Shown in pieces: positions 61,770 through 64,000 of a DNA stretch of 64,000 nucleotides. The stretch comes from a virus. The stretch lies in IMG/VR virus record IMGVR_UViG_3300029922_000003. One strand, written 5' to 3'. Numbering within the stretch: the first letter of the stretch is position 1; every line of letters begins with the position of its first letter. The position numbers were made by a program, and so were the translations under genes. The notes below the pieces were generated by a model, which saw nothing but the letters and a program-made list of their open reading frames with translations, had not been told where the DNA came from and ran no database searches.

Positions 61770-63177
61770 ATAATTTGTATCCTCTTGATTTGTATAGGTC
61801 TATGCGAGTTTTTGATTTTCTTTGCATTCTCTCACACCACATGTCGTTGAAATCTATTACTACTCCATACCCCTTACCCTCTGTCAACCTTCTATTTCTT
61901 CCAGCTTTTTGAAGGACCGAAACATCAGACTGAGTCCAGTTGGCATTTATAGTCACAAACAGCGCCTTGGGATCTACACCCTCTGCCAGGCAGTCAGTAG
62001 AGATGATTCTCTTCATATCTCCAGAGTTGAATCCACCCATAACCCTAATCTTCTCTTTTGTAGATATGCTACCGTGGTATATCTCAAATCCACTGTCTTT
62101 CAGATAGTCGGACATCAATTCCTCTAAGTGCGCTAGAGTTCTTACATAGATTACTAGTTGTTGGTCTTTGGGGACTAGATTCACGCACTCGCTAAGTAGC
62201 TTGTTCCTGTGACGGTTGTACCAAACCCCATTTTTCTCCATTGTGAGATTCTGGGTTGTCTTTGAGAACTGGACCCCTTTGTCTACTTTTATAGTGTAGA
62301 CATGTAGTGGAGTAGCCCTTTCCATTTCCTCTAGCTCCTGATCTGTTAAGGTAAACACGGTTGGTCCAAAAACAGACTCAAGGTATTTTGAAAGCCCCTT
62401 GAATCCACCAGATAGGGTTCCAGAGAACCCACACTTTTTGGATGTTTTGAATCTTAACAATTGCTCTGACGTAACCGGACTTGATGCTGAATGCGCCTCA
62501 TCGAACAGAATATAACTAATATTACTTGGATCAAACTTTTGTAGAGATTTTGATGTTATTACCATAGTTCTACCCTTCGCCTTTTTTGATGAAAGGTAGA
62601 CGCCTGGATCGCACTCGGGAGCAAGATCCTGCAGATCTTTATAAAGCTTTGTAGCTACAGATTGGCGGTTGGTTACAACCAATCCCCTGTGTTTGCTAAA
62701 AGCCCTACAGAGTGCCGCGATTATCCTTGTCTTACCAGTATTGGTTGCTGCATTTACTAAGCACCCACCATCGTGACTCAGGACAGCCTCTACCGCAGTT
62801 TTTTGATCTGGATAGAGACCTTCAAATACCCTTTCGGTTATTTCTGGTTCTTCGTAAATAGCACCATTCGGTTCAAGGATATCAATCTCATATTTTAACT
62901 TGAATAGGGTTTTCTTTACTAGGGTCAATAGACCATCGTACGTAATTACCCCATTCCCATCTTTTGTTATTTTGTACAGGTTCTTCTTAACAGAACCAAT
63001 AGGACCATCTACAAACACCTCTCGCATCTTTCCAGTCTTTTGATCAAAAAACTTTTTCTTAATTTTATCCCTCACTGTGTAAGAGAAAGATAGTTTTGCG
63101 AGAAGATCTGGAATGATCGGATCTATTCGTAAGTACCCTCCAGATCTGGTGATTGTTACTTTCATTGTGCTCTGCAT
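61720..63177 (-). CDS. uvsW: SF2 DEAH-box helicase (UvsW-like)
   Basis: YPDQ, AATNTGKT, FDEAH, FSGT, STDCLAEGVD, QKAGRNRR. Confidence 0.85.
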   Translation of the reverse strand: MQSTMKVTITRSGGYLRIDPIIPDLLAKLSFSYTVRDKIKKKFFDQKTGKMREVFVDGPIGSVKKNLYKITKDGNGVITYDGLLTLVKKTLFKLKYEIDILEPNGAIYEEPEITERVFEGLYPDQKTAVEAVLSHDGGCLVNAATNTGKTRIIAALCRAFSKHRGLVVTNRQSVATKLYKDLQDLAPECDPGVYLSSKKAKGRTMVITSKSLQKFDPSNISYILFDEAHSASSPVTSEQLLRFKTSKKCGFSGTLSGGFKGLSKYLESVFGPTVFTLTDQELEEMERATPLHVYTIKVDKGVQFSKTTQNLTMEKNGVWYNRHRNKLLSECVNLVPKDQQLVIYVRTLAHLEELMSDYLKDSGFEIYHGSISTKEKIRVMGGFNSGDMKRIISTDCLAEGVDPKALFVTINANWTQSDVSVLQKAGRNRRLTEGKGYGVVIDFNDMWCERMQRKSKTRIDLYKSRGYKLFEDVSPDQIQFLQDAT

Positions 63178-63184
63178 ATTTAGT

Positions 63185-63220
63185 GGGAATCCCCGGCCTA
63201 AAGGCCGGGGAGGATGTCAA
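63185..63220 (+). mobile_element. Solo IS200/IS605-type end (scar or PATE-like remnant)
   Basis: GGGAATCCCCGGCCTAAAGGCCGGGGAGGATGTCAA; core CGGCCTTTAGGCCG (minus strand) identical to the tnpB left-end hairpin. Confidence 0.65.
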
Positions 63221-64000
63221 TCGCGTACTTGCTCTATCCACTGCTGCCAAGAATCACCAAGATACTTCTCTAGAGAATTCCTCTGCTTCATCAAGTAGAG
63301 GGGCTTTAAAATACCCTGTGACTTGATTATAGCTCTGACAATGGACTTCCTGTCGTTTGGGTTGCACTTTAGGCTATTTAGCCAAAAGATGTCTTCACTA
63401 GATACAACAGGAACGCCCTGAGACACAGCATCCGCTGCAACGATACAGAATGTTTCTGTATAGCTAGCTGCAAGTACAACGTCCATGCTCTTTATGAGAG
63501 AGCAAAACGTATTGTGATCTTTCCACTCGTGTTCGATTAGTTCGTGGTATCCATTGTTGGCAAATAGGTTCTTTAGATTTTTGTATACCTGCGCACCCCA
63601 TTGCTCCAATCTCGTGGAATTTATATGGAAGTGCAGAACCTCGCCACTCCGTTCCGCGTAGTCAATAGCAGCCACTGCCTGCATCATCTGGTTCTTTAGT
63701 GGCCGGATGGCTCCAAAGCACCCAATGTTAATTACATCATTATGTACTGTAGGAAGTTCAAACTTATCCACTTTCTTGTGGATGTAGTAGTTCGGCAGGT
63801 AGACAGTTCTCTGTTTTGTGAACACAGAAATGTTCTCGCATGACCGAACGGTATTTGACGAAACAAACACCCCAGGGATCTGTGCATACTGATAGACCCA
63901 GTCCGTAGCAATACCTTCGTTCGCTAGGAATGGAATCTCAGAGTGATTCCGAATCACCCAGGTGATGTTGGGGTGCAGCTTAGTAAGCTCCTTCAATTTC
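63217..64000 (-). CDS. GT-B glycosyltransferase (family 4-like), 5' end outside window
   Basis: IGCFGAIRPLKNQ, ETFCIVAADAVSQGVPVV (Ex7D-type motif); frame open at window edge. Confidence 0.8.
   Translation of the reverse strand, partial: KLKELTKLHPNITWVIRNHSEIPFLANEGIATDWVYQYAQIPGVFVSSNTVRSCENISVFTKQRTVYLPNYYIHKKVDKFELPTVHNDVINIGCFGAIRPLKNQMMQAVAAIDYAERSGEVLHFHINSTRLEQWGAQVYKNLKNLFANNGYHELIEHEWKDHNTFCSLIKSMDVVLAASYTETFCIVAADAVSQGVPVVSSEDIFWLNSLKCNPNDRKSIVRAIIKSQGILKPLYLMKQRNSLEKYLGDSWQQWIEQVRD

Noticed and set aside
1-64000. Genome-wide stop-codon recoding, suggested by the release-factor domain and one in-frame TAG
   Set aside because: Long conserved genes are intact in code 11, and TAG terminates well-defined genes directly before hairpins

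Overview
This 64-kb window comes from a large dsDNA (jumbo-type) bacteriophage and uses standard code 11. No capsid or terminase gene is visible, and the host cannot be assigned. Almost all genes are on the minus strand; the only three credible plus-strand genes are nucleases (TnpB, RuvC-like, HNH). 1-22.6 kb is an accessory region: small ORFs, a non-autonomous IS200/IS605 tnpB element, a mini GGQ release-factor domain, PhoH and four tandem paralog expansions. The largest are five W(V/I)TCxCGNQC genes and a ten-gene array of divergent 'F-x-x-IKP / WGC / T-x-GG-x-P' proteins. 22.6-34.3 kb holds NAD and phosphate metabolism genes: NAMPT-like + HAD + Prs-like (NARP1-like), a tyrosine phosphatase and a pseudo-phosphatase, RNase H, two metallophosphoesterases and a degenerate macrodomain. 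34.3-41.7 kb encodes an apparently complete ubiquitin-like conjugation operon (Ubl, E2 family D-like, E1/ThiF, JAB) with three large unknown genes; this is the strongest candidate for an undescribed system. 42.3-47.3 kb has several unclassified structured intergenic RNAs, an aberrant tRNA-like element and an AT-hook protein. 50-64 kb is the recombination/replication module: RuvC-like, HNH, RecA/UvsX, probable SSB, a DnaE split inside its PHP domain, primase, DnaB, SF2 helicase and a glycosyltransferase. All family assignments come from motifs recognised by eye; no database search was run.
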